DNA of 63,309 nucleotides, filler included, from Folioceros fuciformis (lineage: Eukaryota): the NCBI GenBank assembly GCA_049999805.1. It is 5 parts of 4 records of this genome, joined end to end, with 100 filler letters (N's around TTAATTAATTAA, not from the genome) between each part and the next. Parts side by side here need not be neighbours in the genome. Positions count along the whole stretch, not along the records: positions 59,269 to 63,309 come from JBNGIO010006398.1; 4 more parts are not named here. One strand, given 5' to 3'. The position numbers and the translations under genes are program-made. The notes beneath the pieces are model-generated. The model was given only the letters and a program-made list of their open reading frames with translations. It ran no database searches and was not told where the DNA came from. Below are positions 62,201 through 63,309 of this stretch, piece after piece; positions within the stretch are counted from its first letter, which is position 1, and each line of letters begins with the position of its first letter.

Positions 62201-63175
62201 CAGGTCTGCTATCCCTGGTTGAGCTCCAGCCTCCACGTCCTCTTTGGTATGGTTTGCCCCGTCCAGCAAACAAGGCCGTCTGACCTCGTTCATGCTGCTT
62301 GCCAGATTTAGAGGACAGCCTCGTGGCTTCCTCCTGCAGCAATGCCCCAACGACACCGTTAAATGTCAAGGGTTCTGCATCAATCTTCAAGGCTTTCGAC
62401 AGCCGGGCCTCCACCTTTGCCAATGCTTGCTGACCAGTGACAAACGGTCCAAAGCTGGGAGGGAGCGAGCTTAGCAACCTGCAACTCGCTTCGTAGTCAG
62501 TGATTTTCACACCCGTAGAGCATAACCTAGCTCGTGCACTTCTAAATCTCCCGATATAGTGCTCCACAGTCTCTCCTTCTGTCATTCTAAGACTGTGGTA
62601 TCTGGCTGATGCAGACATAGATGCAGCCATATCGTGGGAGGCAAACATCAATGCCAAGTGATCCCACATATCCTTCGCTGAATCTCCTGGCCCATCTGAG
62701 GCTTGTCTGATTATTTCGGGACCCAAACCTGACCGGATCAAGTTCCTAGCTCGAATATCCGCCAAAGCCCATACTGGCAGGTCAGCTGAAGTGGCATCAC
62801 TGATGGTTTTGCAGTCTCTCCGCTCACAATATGCCAGAGGTTCTTCTCTTCAAGCGCACCTTGCATGCGCATTACCCATATGTCATATTCAGCTCCAGTC
62901 ACCAAGCGGTCATTTTCCTTAAATCCGCCACTAGTAAGTGACTGCAACGCAGCCAGCATGTCATCTCTAGCTTTCTCTTCATCATCCATGTTGGGGTGAC
63001 TAAACCACGAAGTGTCTCTCTCTGACAGGTTTGTATTCACGGATGCAAGGGTAGAATCTGCATCTGTGCCCCTACTTGACTCACTATCTGACAAATCATC
63101 AACATCTATGATCCCGACTTCTTGCGCTAAATGACGAAGCCAGGCAGGTGTTCTATAGGAGTGACTCTCACTCAT
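59269..63175 (-). mobile_element. Ty1/copia LTR retrotransposon gag-pol (gag, zinc knuckle, protease, integrase, RT), degenerate
   Basis: CHWCGIPGHWARDC, WFVDSGAS, LWHLRCGH, LVHSDLCGP..FIDDFTR..LRSDNGGEY..NGVAE, KARLVARGFSQIPGIDF, QMDVKTAFLHG, LYGLKQSPRAW and LYVDD, in PR-IN-RT order. In-frame TAG at 61626 and frameshifts. Confidence 0.96.
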
Positions 63176-63309
63176 CTATCACAGCTACCAGCATCATTCG
63201 TCTCGACTTGTTTGTGTTGACAGTGGATGCATATTGTACGATTATCGTTAGCAGCCAAGGACTGACTAATTTTTGTATGTTCCAGAATGTGGGGCTGGGC
63301 CAAAACGAA

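Noticed and set aside
63176-63195. Possible copia primer-binding site TGGTAGCTGTGA (minus strand)
   Set aside because: It does not match the usual Met-i PBS (TGGTATCAGAGC) and no adjacent LTR-terminal CA is present, so it is unsupported.

Overview
Nuclear DNA of a non-seed land plant, most likely a hornwort. This is inferred from the high gene density, introns mostly around 100 bp, and a PLS-PPR gene with a KPAxA/HAEKLA DYW:KP domain. Four 100-nt N-TTAATTAATTAA-N linkers (22151-22250, 36843-36942, 54236-54335, 59169-59268) split the window into five joined contigs, so neighbourhood across them is not reliable. Genes: At5g52880-like F-box, ARGLU1-like, succinyl-CoA ligase alpha, a PLS-PPR with an OSB/PDF-like N-terminal motif and DYW:KP domain, an IFR/PCBER-like reductase plus a decayed duplicate, a phi GST with an in-frame TAG, a histone stem-loop binding protein (SLBP) domain, ATG11, an EamA transporter, an RNF10-like ligase with a PAM2 motif, a PUB4-like ARM protein, tRNA-Asp(GUC), and three tandem PRISE/VEP1 reductases (one intact). 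The right end is transposon-rich: an Lhcb exon fragment, a divergent PUX7-like UAS-UBX ORF fused to 30-aa repeats, a Harbinger-type transposase and a Ty1/copia element. The best leads are the candidate U-to-C editing factor with an ssDNA-binding-type motif, the land-plant SLBP, and the repeat-UBX fusion. All homology calls come from motif recognition, not database searches.
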